A stretch of 63,370 bases of DNA, counting the filler, from Octopus bimaculoides (taxonomy: Eukaryota), in the NCBI RefSeq assembly GCF_001194135.2. It is 4 parts of 4 records of this genome, joined end to end, with 100 filler letters (N's around TTAATTAATTAA, not from the genome) between each part and the next. Parts side by side here need not be neighbours in the genome. Positions count along the whole stretch, not along the records: positions 61,222 to 63,370 come from NW_026330123.1; 3 more parts are not named here. The stretch is one strand, 5' to 3'. The position numbers and the translations under genes are program-made. The notes under the pieces are model-generated. The model was not told where the DNA came from, searched no databases, and saw only the letters and a list, made by a program, of their open reading frames with translations. The number at the start of each line of letters is the position of its first letter. Positions within the stretch are counted from its first letter, which is position 1. This document shows positions 63,061 through 63,370 of the stretch, one piece after another.

Positions 63061-63146
63061 GGACCCTGATGAAACTGTACTGACAATGAGACCAGGATGC
63101 ATATCTAACAGTGTGCAGTCGATGCAGTTGAAATGCGCATAGGCCC
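63061..63146 (+). ncRNA. Type-I hammerhead ribozyme with long helix II, near intact
   Basis: GGACC-CUGAUGA-AACUGUA..UGCAGUU-GAAA-UGCGCAU-A-GGCCC: 7-bp helix II extended by UGAC/GUCG, palindromic AUGCGCAU, helix I 4 of 5 bp; AATAAA at 63175. Confidence 0.78.
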
Positions 63147-63225
63147 AGAAAAGAATGCTGTAAATAACCTGTTTAATAAAACTATAGATGTGGAAAATCT
63201 TTGTTCTCCTTGTCATTATTAATAC

Positions 63226-63370
63226 TGGCTGTGTGGTAAGTAGTTTGCTTACCAACCACATGGTCACGGGTTCAGTCCCACTGCGTGGCATCTTGGGCAA
63301 GTGTGTTCTAGTATAGCCTCGGCCGACCAATGCCTTGTGAGTGGATTTAGTAGACGGAAACTGAAAGAAG
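63226..63370 (+). mobile_element. SINE family A head (runs off the window)
   Basis: GGCTGTGTGGTAAGTAGTTTGCTTACCAACCACATGGTCACGGGTTCAGTCCCACTGCG. Confidence 0.9.

Overview
AT-rich, microsatellite-saturated animal genomic DNA. The SINE/RTE repertoire and a mollusc yolk-type ferritin point to an octopus, probably Octopus bimaculoides (inference). Three artificial 100-bp spacers (44 N + TTAATTAATTAA + 44 N at 27283, 50522 and 61122) show the window is four joined sequence blocks, so gene order across them is unverified. Host genes: an intronless LRR-Ig-TM receptor (minus strand, 27979-29382, with a 358-codon in-frame upstream extension), the last two exons of a yolk-ferritin-like gene (plus, 52656-52748 and 54627-54818), and the transmembrane exon of IA-2/PTPRN (minus, 61393-61581). 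The rest is mostly transposon remnants: RTE, CR1-like and RLE-type LINEs, Penelope-like elements, tRNA-derived SINEs, and Merlin, maT, mariner, pogo-like and Helitron-like DNA elements. The most striking unannotated signal is at least 10 Penelope-type minimal type-I hammerhead ribozyme motifs (CUGANGA..GAAA with palindromic helix III). They include two ORF-less foldback units carrying divergent ribozyme pairs (1933-2434, 26615-26958) and a short TA-flanked repeat family with a variant core. All structures were paired by eye, and none has been shown to cleave.
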